60,000 nucleotides of DNA from Camelus dromedarius. Lineage: Eukaryota. A program made the position numbers and the translations under genes. This document shows positions 24,100-36,879 of this stretch, piece after piece. The stretch spans positions 121,026,001 to 121,086,000 of the forward strand of contig NC_087437.1 in NCBI RefSeq assembly GCF_036321535.1. The letters run 5' to 3'. Numbering within the stretch: position 1 is the first letter of the stretch; the number at the start of each line of letters is the position of its first letter. The notes below the pieces were generated by a model. The model searched no databases. It worked only from the letters and a program-made list of their open reading frames with translations, and was not told the DNA's origin.

Positions 24100-24201
24100 G
24101 GATCCCGGGAACCGGGAGAGACACTGCCCCGGAAGCTGAAGCAGGTCCTCCGGAGAGAGTTCTGGCCTTCCTTTGAGAACTTGCTGGCGCAGGGCACGGA
24201 G
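24100..24201 (+). CDS. TRPM2: TRPM2 exon 30 (degenerate Nudix box)
   Basis: cag|GGA TCC CGG ... ACG GAG|gtaggg; GSREPGETLPRKLKQVLRREFWPSFENLLAQGTE. Confidence 0.96.
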
Positions 24202-24794
24202 GTAGGGGCTTTTCTGCTTTGCTCCCACCTGCGCCTCCTGGGGCCCGCAGTGCACTGGTCGTGGGCCTGCAGGATGGGTCCTGGGGCACCTGCTCCAGGC
24301 CTGCATCCCGCAGCTCCTGCAGGAAGGGCTGGGACTGAGCGTGGCCTCGGCTCTGGGCCCCCTCGCCTCCCCTCTCTGTTCTGGTGTTCTCCTCCCGAGA
24401 TCGAGGAGGCCCTCGGGCCGGGCAGGCCCAGTGTCCGGCCCCTCCTTCCCGCACTCTCTCTTGCTCTGCGCACAGCTGGGCACAAAGACACAACTTGCTT
24501 TTTCAGTTAATTTGCGAAGGCCCTATTTTTAGGTCCATGTATACAAATGCACCTTGCTCTTTTTTATGACTGCGTAGTGCTCTGGGCCGTGGCCTGTTTA
24601 AGCAGCCCTCCGGCAGGCATGCCAGACAGTGCCGGCCCGTCACTGTGGCGTCTCAGGGGCGTCTCAGGAGCAGACAGTCAGCTGCTGGCATTCACGGTTT
24701 TGACCTACAAGCCCAGCAGCTTCACGAGGTGCGTCCCGTGCAGCACCTCAGGGACTACTGCCACCTCTCCTCGTTTTACTTTGTAAAAACAATG

Positions 24795-25082
24795 TAAACT
24801 TGTTCACTGAGGTGAAATCCAAACGGGAAATGAGCCATTTAGAAGGGAGCAGCTCAGGGGCATTTAGTGCGCTGCCCGTGCGGTGCGATCACAGCCGCCG
24901 TCCAGTTCCCGAGCGCTCCCGTCCCCCGGAAGGGGACCCCGCCCCCAGCAGCAGCCGCCCCCGCCCCCAGCGCGCACGGAGCTGCCTGTCTGTGGGCTCA
25001 CCTGCCCTGGACGGTTATAGGCAGAATCACACGCTACTCAGCCTTTGGTGTCTGGCTTCTTTCACTTAGTGTAATGTTTTGA
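24795..25082 (-). mobile_element. L1MB-type 3' end fragment, strongly GC-shifted
   Basis: Ends tgtctggcttctttcacttagtgtaatgtttt; collinear with copies at 11555-11835 and 55960-56290. Confidence 0.75.
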
Positions 25083-25381
25083 CATCTGCCACCACTTTTT
25101 AACCCTTCCAAGGACAGTGGAGCCCGGTCTGGATGCCAGGCCAGAGACCAGGAGGGAGATGAGAGGCCACAGGTCCCCGAGATGTTTCAGTCAGGGATGA
25201 AGGCTGTGCTGGGGAGCGGGTGGACAGGGCAGGGGGGTGCTGGGTGCAGTGGACAGCTGTGCTCAGAGTGTCTCAGGTCTGGGCGGAGTGCAGGGGACAC
25301 GTGGGGCCCCTTTCTCTGGGAGGAAGCTGGGGGACCCAGGGGTCTATCGGGGGACCAGCTCATGCCTGCACCGCCTCCCAG

Positions 25382-25498
25382 GTGTACAAAGGGTACGTGG
25401 ATGACCCGAGGAACACCGACAACGCCTGGATCGAGACAGTGGCTGTGAGCATCCACTTTCCAGACCAGAGCGATGTGGAGCTGAAAAGGCTGAACTCT
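25382..25498 (+). CDS. TRPM2: TRPM2 exon 31
   Basis: cag|GTG TAC ... AAC TCT|gtatgt; [39 protein letters not shown]. Confidence 0.96.
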
Positions 25499-26154
25499 GT
25501 ATGTGGCCTGGGCCTCAGGCTCTGAGGGACGGGGGGACTTGGGGCATCAGTGCTCTGGAGGGGCCTCGGGGCCTGCAGGAAGGGGCCTGATGGGTTCCCG
25601 GGCCTGGGGCCAAAGGGACCTGCACTGGAGAGTAGGGACTGCAGGGGTCAGAACCCTCCTCGAGGGACCAAGGGGGCACCCGGGTGAGGCCAGAGGACAC
25701 CAACATGTGGCTTGGGCGGAATCAAGGCTGGACAGGTACCCTGGGGGCCTCCAGGTTCGCACCCAGGGGAGGCGGGTTCATGCACCTTTATGGGGACATC
25801 GTCCCCTATACTTAGATCAATCCCATGTGCCCCTAACCCAGAACTGGGACCAGGAAGTCCCAGGGAACAAAATCCGGGCTTTGTTTGCAGGATGGAAACC
25901 CCAGAATAAGGCTGCACCTCCTCCCTCTCCTCCTTCAAGGAGTTTTGCAGGCATTTTCTGACTCACACCTGCAGTGGGTGATCTTACTGCGGTTTGGTAG
26001 AAGGATAACATGAGCTGGCCGCCAGCCGGGCCGGTAGCGGGGCTGGGAGCCGGGTCGTGGCGTCCCTGCCGCCCTCTGAAGTCTGCAGTCCCTGGTGTCC
26101 GGTGGAGGCGGGGCCAGCTGGGGAGGGAGTCAGGATCCATCTTTGTCCCCGCAG

Positions 26155-26280
26155 CACCTGCACTCCTGCGACACAGGGATGTCCATCCGATGGCAGGTGG
26201 TGGACAGGCGCATCCCGCTGTACGCCAACCACAAGACCATTCTCCAGAAGGTGGCCGCCTTGTTCGGGGCTTACTACTAA
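26155..26280 (+). CDS. TRPM2: TRPM2 exon 32, coding part including stop TAA
   Basis: cag|CAC CTG CAC ... TAC TAC TAA; HLHSCDTGMSIRWQVVDRRIPLYANHKTILQKVAALFGAYY*. Confidence 0.96.
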   Translation, partial: HLHSCDTGMSIRWQVVDRRIPLYANHKTILQKVAALFGAYY

Positions 26281-27483
26281 CCCGGGGACGCAGGCCGGGC
26301 AGCTCGGCCAGGCAGGCGGGGCTCTTCCAGCCATGGCCCCCTTGGAGACTGCAGGGGACAGAGGCCAACACCGGCCACTGAGGCACACGCAGCCCTGGAC
26401 CTCAGGCAGGCGAGGGCGCTGCGGGGACGCCGTGCAGTGTGGTTTGGGGATCTGCCGCCCTCACGGCCAGCTCGGGTGGCCAGCTTGTGAACTGGAAGGC
26501 ATTGGGGTGCCCTGAGAGGAGAGCCAAGTGGGGCACCAGCTGGCTCCGGCCACCCGGCATTGCCACTGGGACCCTACCTGCCAACGCTGCCTCTCCTGAT
26601 TCTGCTCGGCCCTCGGCCTGGACTCAGTTCCCTCCTGGCTGTGTCCCGTGGGCAGCGCGTCCACCACAAGAGGTACATCGCCCAAGGCCTGGATTTCCTG
26701 GAGAGCCAGGATCCCCTTGTGGCCCCCTCCTTGGACCCACGCCCCCGAGATGCCCTCCACTGTGACCTAATGTGGACCCTCACCTGGCCCAGGGCAGGGC
26801 ACCACAGGAACCCAGTTCCCCGGGCTGTGAGCCCTTAGCGGGCCGGGAGGTGCGGCATGCTCGGGCCTTCTCCTGAGACGCAGAGGTCCCTGCCGGTGCG
26901 CCGTCCCGGGACCCAGGCGGGGAGGCGCAGACGCACGGCGTGGCAGGGCCCTCCCATGGCCCAGACTCCTCTCTTCCCTCTTCCACCCCAAGAGCCCAGG
27001 GAGGGGTGGCGGTGGGTGTGGCCTGAGGGGAGGCCGTCCAGTTCAGCATCAGTGACTCACAGACCATCAGCATCAACCACCAGGGCCTGTTGGGGCCAGG
27101 AATGGTGTGCAAACCCAACGTCGAATCCGCTTTCCCATGTCAGCCCGGCCGGCCTCCTCTGTGCTTCCCTCAGATACAGTGCACATGTGGGCAGTGGTCA
27201 GGCCATGTCTGCACCGCCGAAACCTTTTTGCCAGGCCGAGGTCCAGGCTGCAGTCCCCTCAGGTCCAAGCCCCTCAGGTCCAAGGCTCACGGTTTCTCCT
27301 CTGATCACCCCCCACCCCACAGACACACACGTGGACTCCCTCTTCCCATTTTCTGAGGCCCAGGTTCTGGCCTCCCCAGAGGGGGCTCAGTCCCTGGTGC
27401 ACCCCACCCCCCACAGTGCTCAGAGACTGTGGAGCTTTGGGAATCACGTATCCAGTCAAACTAGCGTTCATGTAGTAGCACCA

Positions 27484-27489
27484 AATAAA
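27484..27489 (+). terminator. TRPM2: Probable TRPM2 polyadenylation signal (3' UTR about 1.2 kb)
   Basis: First AATAAA after the stop codon, at the switch from GC-rich UTR to AT-rich sequence. Confidence 0.75.
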
Positions 27490-27584
27490 GACATTTTAAA
27501 ATTGTAAGGACCAAGAAATGTGCTACCCGTACATCCTTTCTGAAAGAATTTTTCGGAGGTGAATTACAGAAAAGCAAAATACAC

Positions 27585-27963
27585 TGTGTCAGTCAGCTAG
27601 GGCTGCGTAACAAAATGCTGCACTCGGGGCAACTTCAACAACAGACGTTCCCTTCCTCAACATCGGGAGGCTGGACGTGGAGGGAAGGTGTGGACGGGGC
27701 GTTTCTCGGGGAGGGCTGGCTTTCTCCTTGTAGATGGCTGCCTCTCACTGTGTCCTCGAGTGGCCTTTCCTTGGGGTGCTCGGCAGGGAGGGGGGTTTTG
27801 CTTCTCCCTTTATAGGGCTACTAAACCTCTCACTCCATGCCCCGCCCTTACAACCTCATTTAACCTTACTTCCTTAGAGGTCCTCTCCTAATACAGTCAC
27901 ACTGGGGGTTGGGGCTTCAATATATGAATTTTGGGGAGGGACACAGACACTTAGTCTATAACA
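27585..27963 (-). mobile_element. MLT1-type solo LTR
   Basis: tgtgtcagtcagctagggctgcgtaacaaaa ... acctcatttaacctt ... tacagtcacactgggggttggggcttcaatatatgaatttt ... tagtctataaca; related to the LTRs at 1004 and 2532. Confidence 0.85.
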
Positions 27964-28074
27964 CACACACGCAACTGAGCTCTGTGAAAGCAATGGAACC
28001 ACCAACAGGATGTGTGGCAAAGTCCTACCATTGTGGAGGTGTATGTATTGTAATGTAAGAAGAAAAAAATTTAA

Positions 28075-28162
28075 TGTATTTTTTAAATGGAAATACTGGG
28101 GATTGACCGCAGGACCTCGTGCATGCTAAGTACACACTCTGCCACTGAGCTGTACCCTCCCA
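28075..28162 (-). mobile_element. tRNA-derived SINE (camelid type)
   Basis: atggaaatactggggattgaccgcaggacctcgtgcatgctaagtacacactctgccactgagctgtaccctccc. Confidence 0.85.
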
Positions 28163-28599
28163 ACTGTAAAAAGAAAGTTGAATGAGAGCTTCAAGTGAGC
28201 CCCCCAGCTGGTCTCCCTGGGTGTTGGCAGAGGAACTGGCGCAGCCAGTCCAAGTGCAGAGAAGGTTCCTCTGCTCATGAGGAAGAAACAGATGCCGACC
28301 ATCCCCGGCGCTGGGAGGAGGATGCAGGCGGTGAGGCCTGTGAGTGCACCCCAGGCCCAGGGTGCCCACTGAGGACAGAAATGGGAGCGGCGTCAGACCG
28401 CCAGAGGGACGGGGCGGAGCCACCACCGAATCGAGGGAAGAGAAGCTGTCACTAGAAGATGCTTCATAGGAGGTAGAACGGCAGGAAGTAGTCAACACGC
28501 GTATGCAGTTACGACACATACAAATTATGAGTCTCATATTGGGGTAAAATAACAAATTTCTCCTGTTTTCTCTCTCTACTTTTTTAATTCCTGTTTTTC

Positions 28600-28735
28600 T
28601 TTTTTAAATTTTTCTTTTTTATTATGGGAGGAGGCATTTAGGTTTATTTATTTTTTAACGGAGGGCCTGGGGATTGAACCCAAGACCTCATGCATGCTAA
28701 GCACACACTCTGCCCCTGAGCTCCACCCCCATCCC
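28600..28735 (-). mobile_element. tRNA-derived SINE (camelid type)
   Basis: acggagggcctggggattgaacccaagacctcatgcatgctaagcacacactctgcccctgagct, with T-rich tail. Confidence 0.85.
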
Positions 28736-31700
28736 TGTATCTTTCCTGCATCAGCTGGAAGAGACACGGACTAGCTGACAACATGGGGAAGCCCTAGGGC
28801 AGATGCTCTCCAAGGGGAGGGTGTGGAGCCGTTCCAGCGGACATTGGAACCCAGGGCTCTAGTTTTAAGGGCAACGGGGGTATTTGATTGGGAAAAGGTA
28901 CAAATCCGTTAAGAAGGGAGCACTTTGAGGACCTGCTGTTCATCTGACACCATAGCTTTTTAAGTATGTAGCGCAAATTGGACAGGAAGTCCCGGGGACG
29001 TAGGTAAATTCGCAGTAATATTTGAGATTTTTCTCTCAGAAATCAAGGAATCAAGAAGCAAAAGAGAACGAGGGCAGGATCTGAGGGATGTGATCAGCAG
29101 GGTAGAGGTGGCGCTGTGGCGCGCGCCGACGTGCTAGGGGCGCCTTGTGCGCAGATATGCGTCATCTAGTGCACTTACGAGTTACGTGTAACTTACACGT
29201 AAGTGTGTCTGTATGCAAGTTACGCGCAGTATTTTAATTTAGGTGTACGACAGAGCACATATTTTCAGTTGTATAACCAGTCACGTGGAGTACACACACA
29301 TACACGCACACTTCCTGCGTGTGTGTGGCTCTGTCCCCCGCTCCAGACAACAGCAGCAAGCAGGCCCAGAGGGGCGCGGGGTTCTCAGACACGGAACGTT
29401 CACAGAAGTCCATGCACAGCCCACCAGGGGGACCCCAGCTGCCTTCCGGGGCAGCTCCATCACGGAAGAGCCCAGTTAGAACGCGGCCGTGCGCCGGAAG
29501 AGGACGGGAAATATGCCTCGTGGTTCCAGGGCCATGAGTGACTGGTCCCCAGAGGGAGCCGAGGTGGTGTCTGGGGCCGGGCCCTGCGGGGGCCCGCAGC
29601 CCCTGCCCTCCGTCCTTCCTGGGGGGCCTTTGCCCTCTCCGCAGCATCTCGTCTCCTGGGAAGGAAGAGCAGAGCCTCTATGGGGAAGCGGGCACCATCC
29701 TGGAGACTGGCATGCGCTAGGCCCAGGGCTGCCCCCACTGCACGGGGTTCTGGGCGGGCGAGGCCTGCGGGCTGGGCGCTGTCTAGGGAAAACCGAGGGA
29801 GCCAGCAGGCGCCTCCACGCCCTCCACCTCCCCTGGAGACGTGCGCCTTCCCGGGGAGCAAGATGGAACAAGACAGTGACAGGAGCCCAGGTCACAGCCT
29901 GGCAGGCCTGGCTGGAGAGACACTGGAAGCACAGTTACAACCTTCAACGCACATATTTGAAAATTGAAAGCGTGGAAGTAAATTCTCTGAGATTATGATT
30001 GAAGAAGCTCAAAAATTAGCTGCAGCATCAACCTGGGGTCTCAGGTAGGGACGAGGTCAGAGCTTACTTAATGAAAGAGGAAAAATTTAAGAATTGGCAT
30101 GGTGAACAGATTCTGAACTCAGTTCTTGAAAAAAAGCAGAAAAATCCACAAAACTAGGACAGGAGGAAGAGTGAGAGTTCTGGGTGGAGGTGTGTGTGCT
30201 GGGGACGGGGTACACAGGGGAGACTGACCTGGAAATCCCAGGACAGCTACTGGAAAGTCGAAGGCAGCCTCTGCTCCCCTGGGGAATGGACGGGCCCTTC
30301 CCTCCTGCAGCAGATCCTGCAGCCGGAAGCACCAGGCGGTTCGGTTCTGGGGGCCTCGGGAAGGATGCAGGGGCTGGGCACAGCCCCCCCCCCCAGCTGC
30401 TCAGGCCCTGCACCCAGGGAGCCTGCGAAGGGAACCAGCACCAGGGGTTCTTCCTGGTTTTCCAGTCTGGCTTTCCAAGATCAGATGAGAGGTCTGGGAA
30501 TTCCAGGAGACCCAGGGATGCAGGCAGCATTAGGGAGGTTCAGCCTGGCCCACACTGCCAAAGTCAATCCATCCAGCGAGGCTCTTTGGTGAGCTCGGGG
30601 TGCCCGGTCCTGCCTTTGTGGTTCCTGGGCAGCGAGCGGGCTGTCAGGTGCCCTGGGTCCCCTCTCTTGGGGCAGCTCCCACCCCCACCCACAAGCTGGC
30701 TGCAGTTGGCAGTGCCGGCAGCTTCTGTCTGGGCTGGATTTCTGTCCAGCTGGACACCGTGGAGGGCTAGGTGGGAGAGCAGGGTGGCCGGTACACACTG
30801 GGGTGGCCTGCCACACCCCGAGGAAGAGTGGGTCCTGGGCTGTTTGTGTGGGGAGGGCAGCGTCCTGGCCACACATGATGTTTCATTCATCCCCACCCTG
30901 TGGCTGTGGCAGGCTCTGCGCCTCCATGCCCGTCCCCAGGGAGATGCACTCAGACCTAGCTACCATCGCAGCCTTCCTGATGGGGAAGCAATTAACCAGC
31001 CCGAGCGTCCTGCTTTACCCCTGGGGCCAGGAGGTCTGGCTTCTGAGTGGATAAATGGATGAGATAATCAGCCCAGAGCTCAGCGACAATTATAACGGAG
31101 GCTGTAGTGGGCAGACCACGTGGCCAGGATGGCATTAGACGGTTTCTGGCATTTCTGAGAGCTCAGGCTCAGAGTCCGCGGTGGACAGTGAGCCGGCCTC
31201 TCACAGGGCCCGGCAGCCTGGGCCTGGCCGGCAGCCAGCGCCTCCTGTGGGGATTCTGACATCCTCACCGAGTGAGGCAGGCCCTGGACCTGGACGGACC
31301 CGGAGGATCACACAACATCACACGAGCACTCTGAACAGATCCGTCCATCCATCCATCTGTCCATCCGTGTGCCCATCACACACACACAGAAACCTGTGAA
31401 CACAAGTGTTTTCTTTTCCCAAAGCGTCAGGCACCTGCACAAATCTGAAATGTGAGCAGCTTGGTGGGTTTTTAACTCATGTTGATGACCAGCACCCAGG
31501 TCATCAGGCCTGCCCCAGATGCCCGCTCACACCCCTTCCCCATCACCACCTCCACTGTCAGGGGTGTTGCCTGCCCTTGAACTTTCTGAGAACGGAAGCC
31601 ACGGCGTGAGCTCCGAGTGTCCGGCCCCTCCCACCCTGCACAACGTCTGTGGCTCCACCTGCCTCCGCACTGCAGGTTTTGGTGGCAACTACATTACTTT

Positions 31701-32044
31701 GTTGAATTCTTTTGTTGATTTTTCACTGTACCCAAGGTATTCATTGGTTTTATAGGAAAACAAACAAGCAAACAGAAAACAGTAAGATGAGAGCGGTCAC
31801 AAAGTTATGCCCAGGACACGACGCTCTTGTCTGTAATTAAGAGCAGCCTGTGCTCCTTTACTGTGCACTTAACGTTCAAAATGAACAACAGAACAGCAGA
31901 TGGAAGCAGTCCCTCTTCCCTGAATAACGGGCACAGCGCTTACTATAACACTTTATATCTGTCTCATTAGTGTATCAGGAAAAATCGGGGGAAGACTAAG
32001 GGGGGCCCTTTCCTGTAGCGCCTCCCCGAGGACGTGACATCGTG

Positions 32045-32368
32045 CTTTTATTAAAACTGAGGCAGAGTCGGTTTACAATGCTGTTAATTTCTGGCGTACA
32101 GTGAAGTGATTCACTCACGCGTGTGTATATTCCTTGTCATGTTCTTTTTCACTATAGACCATCAAAAAGCATTGACTATGGGGGTGGGGAGGGTGGAGCT
32201 CAGTGGCAGAGGGCGTGCCCAGCACGCACAGGGTCCTGGATTCAGTCCCCAGCACCTCCATTAAATAACTAACTCACCAACCTAATTACCGCCCCTCCTC
32301 CCCCGGCAACAGAAAGGGATTGACTATAGTTCCCTGGGCCGTATGGTGGGGCCTTGTTGTTTCACTTG
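32045..32368 (-). mobile_element. Short L1 3' end interrupted by a + strand SINE (about 32180-32312)
   Basis: L1 terminus gtttacaatgctgttaatttctggcgtacag; SINE gagctcagtggcagag..gtcctggattcagtccccagcacctcca; target duplication aaagcattgactat / aagggattgactat. Confidence 0.8.
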
Positions 32369-32849
32369 TTGAGCTTATTTAAATATTAAAAATAGCCCAT
32401 CATTTTGTGGCTACCCTCTTCCGTCTGCCAAACGATAATGTAGCCACAGCTTCACGGCTCATCCTACTTTAATCTCTTCAAGAGACAGTTGGTGGAATGC
32501 TCTGCAGGGTTCCTACACACGTGGAGGGACCCCGTGTGACCACAGCACCCCGCCCTCCCCGGGCGGTGGTGTGCCGGGACCTGAGGGAGGCTGTGGTGAG
32601 AAGCGACAGCCGACACCGCCCCTAAAGCGGCCACTGAAATAGCAGCAAAGAATCCCAGCGGGGAGGCAAGTAGGGAGAGAAAATGGGCTCAGAAATACTC
32701 AATCCAAGAGAAGGCGGGAGAAGAGGAAAAGGGGACAGAGCGGAGGACAAATGGGGATGAAACAGAGGAGGACAGACGGCAGCCTGGCCGGCCCACCCTC
32801 CTGGTGAATGTGCGTCACCAGAGCAGGACGTCACAGCACTTCCAGCCTC

Positions 32850-33255
32850 GTCCTGTGTCCCCAGTTTTCCCACTGGCGTCCGTGTCTGTTCCAGGACCCA
32901 ACGTCGCATTCAGTTGCTGTTTGTCCTTGGTCTTCTCCAGTCTGTACCAGTGGCTCAGTCTTTTCCTGTCTTTGAGGATCGTCTCATTTCTGAAGTGTAC
33001 TGACCAGTCACTTTGTGAAATGCTTCAGTTTGGGTGTGTGTGATGTGTTCTCATGATTGAAAAGAGGCTGTGCATTTTTGGCGAGAATACCACAGAAGTG
33101 ACGATGTCTTTGTCAGTGCACAGCACAGGGGGCTACGTGATGTCAGTCCGGCTTATTACTGATGATATTAGCCTGGGTTACATACGTAAGGTGGTTTCCG
33201 CTGGGTTTCTCCACTGTAAAGCTATCATTTTCCCCTTTGCCGTTAACACATTGAG
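32850..33255 (-). mobile_element. Old L1 (L1MC/ME-type) 3' UTR fragment
   Basis: gcattcagttgctgtttgtcc ... ttctcatgattga ... gcatttttggcgagaataccacagaagtga ... tttctccactgtaaag. Confidence 0.65.
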
Positions 33256-33269
33256 GAAGGAAACTAAAT

Positions 33270-36200
33270 ATAAATACTTAGGTTAAAAGTAAAAGAATGG
33301 AGGAAGATACCCCATGTTAACCCATGGAAAGGGAGCTGGAGTGGCTATGTTAGTGTCAGAAAAGTAGAGTTCAAGGCAAAGCATCCAAGGGTAAGGAGGC
33401 TCATTTTATACTGATAAAGTGTTCAATTAACCAACAGGACATACTAATCTAAGGCTTCAAAATGCACAAAGCAAAAACTGATAGAACTGCAAGGAGAGAC
33501 AGACAGATCTCAGAAAAGCCAACACCCCTGTCTCAATAACTAAGTAGCAAGTAGATGGGAAATCAGTAATGCTGTGGGACACCTGAACCACACCATCAGC
33601 AGACTTGACTTCATCAACATTTCTAGAACCTTCCACCGAGCAACAGTAGAGCACACATGTAAGCACACATGTTACAGTTATTAACACATATTCTGGACCA
33701 CAAAATGAGTCTCGATAAATTTAAAAGGACCTGAAACATACAGCGTATGTTCTCTACCAACAGTGGACTTAAGTTAATAATCAAAACCAGAACGATCTTT
33801 TTAGCAATAAAGTATTTTAAAATTAAAGTATACACATTTTTTCTTAGACATGCTGTTGCTCACTTCATGGACTGCAGTGCAGTGGAAACAACTTCTGTAC
33901 GTACTGGGAAGCTGAGACTCACTTTATGGGGGCGCTTATCCCACCGCAGTGGTCTGGGACGGAGCCTGCAGTGTCTCTGAGGTCTGCCTGTGCTAGAGAA
34001 GAAGAAAGACGAGCTCATCTTCCACCTTACAATCTACTAGAAAAAGAAGAGAAAATGAAACTCGGTGTAAGCAACAGATCAGCGTAGAAGTCAATGGGGG
34101 AAAAAAGAAAAAAAAAACAGAGAAACCTATGAAACTAAGAACTAGATCTTTGAGATTATTAGTAAAATTGATAAATTTCTGTCCTGACTGATCAATAAAA
34201 GAAAGAAGACACAAATTGCCAGCATCAGGAATGAAAGAGGTGGCATCACTTCATACTCTATATTGAAAGGATGAAGAAATTTATGCTGATTCAACAGCTT
34301 AGATGAAATGGGTAACTACTTGAAAGACATAAACTACAACATTCAGTCGAGGAAAAAGATAACCTCAGTAACTCTGCATCTATTAAAAATTCAACATCAT
34401 ATACAAATGATAATACATCATGAGCAAGTGAGATTTATGGCAAGGACACAGGTTGATTTAACACTTGAAAGTCAATCAATATAATCTACCATATTAGTAG
34501 ACCAATACAAATATTCTTAATAGATGTAGAAAAAAAGTTTGACAAAATCAAATATCCATTCCTGATAAAAACTCTCAGTAAACTAGTAATTGAAGGAAAT
34601 GTCCATATACTGATAAGGGCAGCTACGAAGTACAAGACAATACTATTCTTAATGGTGAAAGACCAAGGCTCCCCCCTAAGATCAGGAGGAGCAGGGATAT
34701 CTGTGCTCAGGCCTCCTGTTCAGTGTTGAACTAGAGGCTCTGGCCAGTGCGATTAGTCACGAAAACAGCGTGAAAGACGTCTAGACTGGAAAGAAGGAAG
34801 TAATAAGCTTTTTATTTACAGATAACTTGATTGTACGCATAGAAAACCCTAAGGCATCTATTAAAAAGTTACTAGAACTAATAAGTGAATTTAGCAAAGT
34901 TGAGATAAGTAGACAAAAATCAATTTTATTTCTACGTATTAGCATTTAACAAAGAGAAACTGGAATTTAAATCCTGTTTACAATAACATAAAAATGCCAG
35001 AGATAAATCTGACAAAAGATATGCGAGATCTGTAAACCAAAAACTGTAAAACACAGATGAAATAAAGAAGGGCTTTAAATAAATGAGAAGCTATACCATG
35101 TCCACTGACTGGGATGCTCAGTATTATCAAAGTGTTAATTCTCTCAGACTGATCCATAGATTCAGTGCAATTCCAAACACTATCCTACTCAGCTTTCTGG
35201 TAGACGTTGTCAAGCTGATCCTAAAATTCATGAGGAAATGCAAAGGATCTTGGATGACCAAAAGAACTTCATGAAAGAACAAAGTTGGAACATTTATATT
35301 ACTTGGCTTCAAGGATCCTTATAAACCTACAGTAATGAAGACAGCTTGAAATATTTGCATAAAAATAGACAAATAGACCAACTGAACACAGAGAGTACAG
35401 AAACAGAGTCCTGTATGTCCAGACCACTGATATTCAACAAACGGGCAGAAGTAATTCAGCAGAGAAAGGATTATTTTTTCAACACAGTCCTGGAAAACTG
35501 GACATCCATTTGCACAAAAAGCCCCCACTTTGAATCATATCTCACATTGTATACCAAAACTAACTCAAAATGGGGAATAGACTCAAACGCAAAACCTAAA
35601 ATATAACACCCTTGTGACTTTGAGTTTAGGCAAAGATGTCTTAGCTATGACACCAAAAGCATGATTCATAAAAAATAAAACATTGATATATTGGTCTTCA
35701 TCAAAATTTAAAATTTCTCTTTGAAAAACTTTTAAGAGAATGAAAAGACAACCTACAGACTCAGAGAAAATATACTTAAATCGCATATCTGATAAAAGAT
35801 TTGTATCCAGAATGTACAAATAATTCTCAAAATTCAACAGTAAGAAAGCAACTCAATTAAAAGTGGTTAGATTTGAGCAGAACACTTCCTTAGAGATGGC
35901 AAATAAACAGTTGAATAGATACTAAAGTCATGAGTAAAATACAGATTAAAACCACAATGAGATAAACTCCCACACACGTATGAGAATATCTAAAATTGAA
36001 AAGCCTGATCATACCAAGTGCTGGTGAAGATGTGGAGCACACACAGCACGGGGGTGCAAAACTGTACAATCACTTTGGCAGCTTCTTAAAAGCTAAGCAT
36101 AAGCTACCATATGATCCAGCCATTTCATTCCTAGATATTTACCTAAGAGATACAAGCGTATTTGTCCCAATAAAGACTGTGCACAATGTTCATATCAGCT

Positions 36201-36622
36201 CTATTTGTAAGAGCCAACAACTGGAGGCAACCCAAATTTCCATGAGCAGGAGAGTGGATATGCAAACTGTGGAACATTCATGCAATGGATCAACACTCAG
36301 CGATAAAAGGAATAACCACTGACAAACCCATCAGCAGGAGTGAACTCAAATTAACTAAATTAACTATGCTGAGTAAAAGAAGCCAGACAAACAGACAGAC
36401 CTACGAGTCCACGCGCAAAATGGAAGGAAACGCAACCAGTGACAGAGCAGATCAGTGCTTGCCTGGTGATGAGGGTCAGAGAAGATGGACCACAAAGGGG
36501 AAACAGACATTTACTGCTTTGACTGAGGTGATGGTTTCACAGATGTATACAAATGTCACAACGTATCAAATTTGGATATGTGGTTTACAGTGTATAAATT
36601 ACACCACAATAAAGCTGTTTCA
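33270..36622 (+). mobile_element. Decayed sense L1 (ORF2 plus 3' UTR)
   Basis: A-rich; fragments such as HKNRQIDQLN..PLIFNKRAEVIQQRKDYFFN..ENWTSIC and LPYDPAISFLDIY resemble L1 ORF2; ends caataaagctgttt. Confidence 0.9.
33797..33990 (+). mobile_element. Tigger1 (TcMar) DNA transposon 3' end within the L1
   Basis: ttagcaataaagtattttaaaattaaagtatacacatttttt..agacat ... gcagtggtctgggac ... tctctgaggtctgcctg terminus. Confidence 0.75.
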
Positions 36623-36879
36623 AAGAACCCTAAGGATGGCTCAGGTCTACCTTAAATGCCCCGACCCCCACATTCCCAGCGTTCCTCTGGGTGCACATGC
36701 AGGGACCCTAAGACACAGGTGGGAGGTGGAACACGAAGGGACCCAGGTGGGCGGAGACCTAATCCCATTAAACAGCTTTGGCGGCCGCTGGCACCCGGCC
36801 TTCGAGGGACACACAGGAGGGGCTTCGCTGACCCGAGGGTCTCTAGGCCCCTCGGGCATCCCTGCGCCTGGGCCAGGAG

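Noticed and set aside
30184..31062. 292-aa intergenic ORF
   Set aside because: GTG start, random GC-rich composition, no domain or splice structure
33270..36622. Possible active L1 or reverse-transcriptase gene
   Set aside because: ORF2 is broken by many stops, frameshifts and deletions and is interrupted by a Tigger1 fragment
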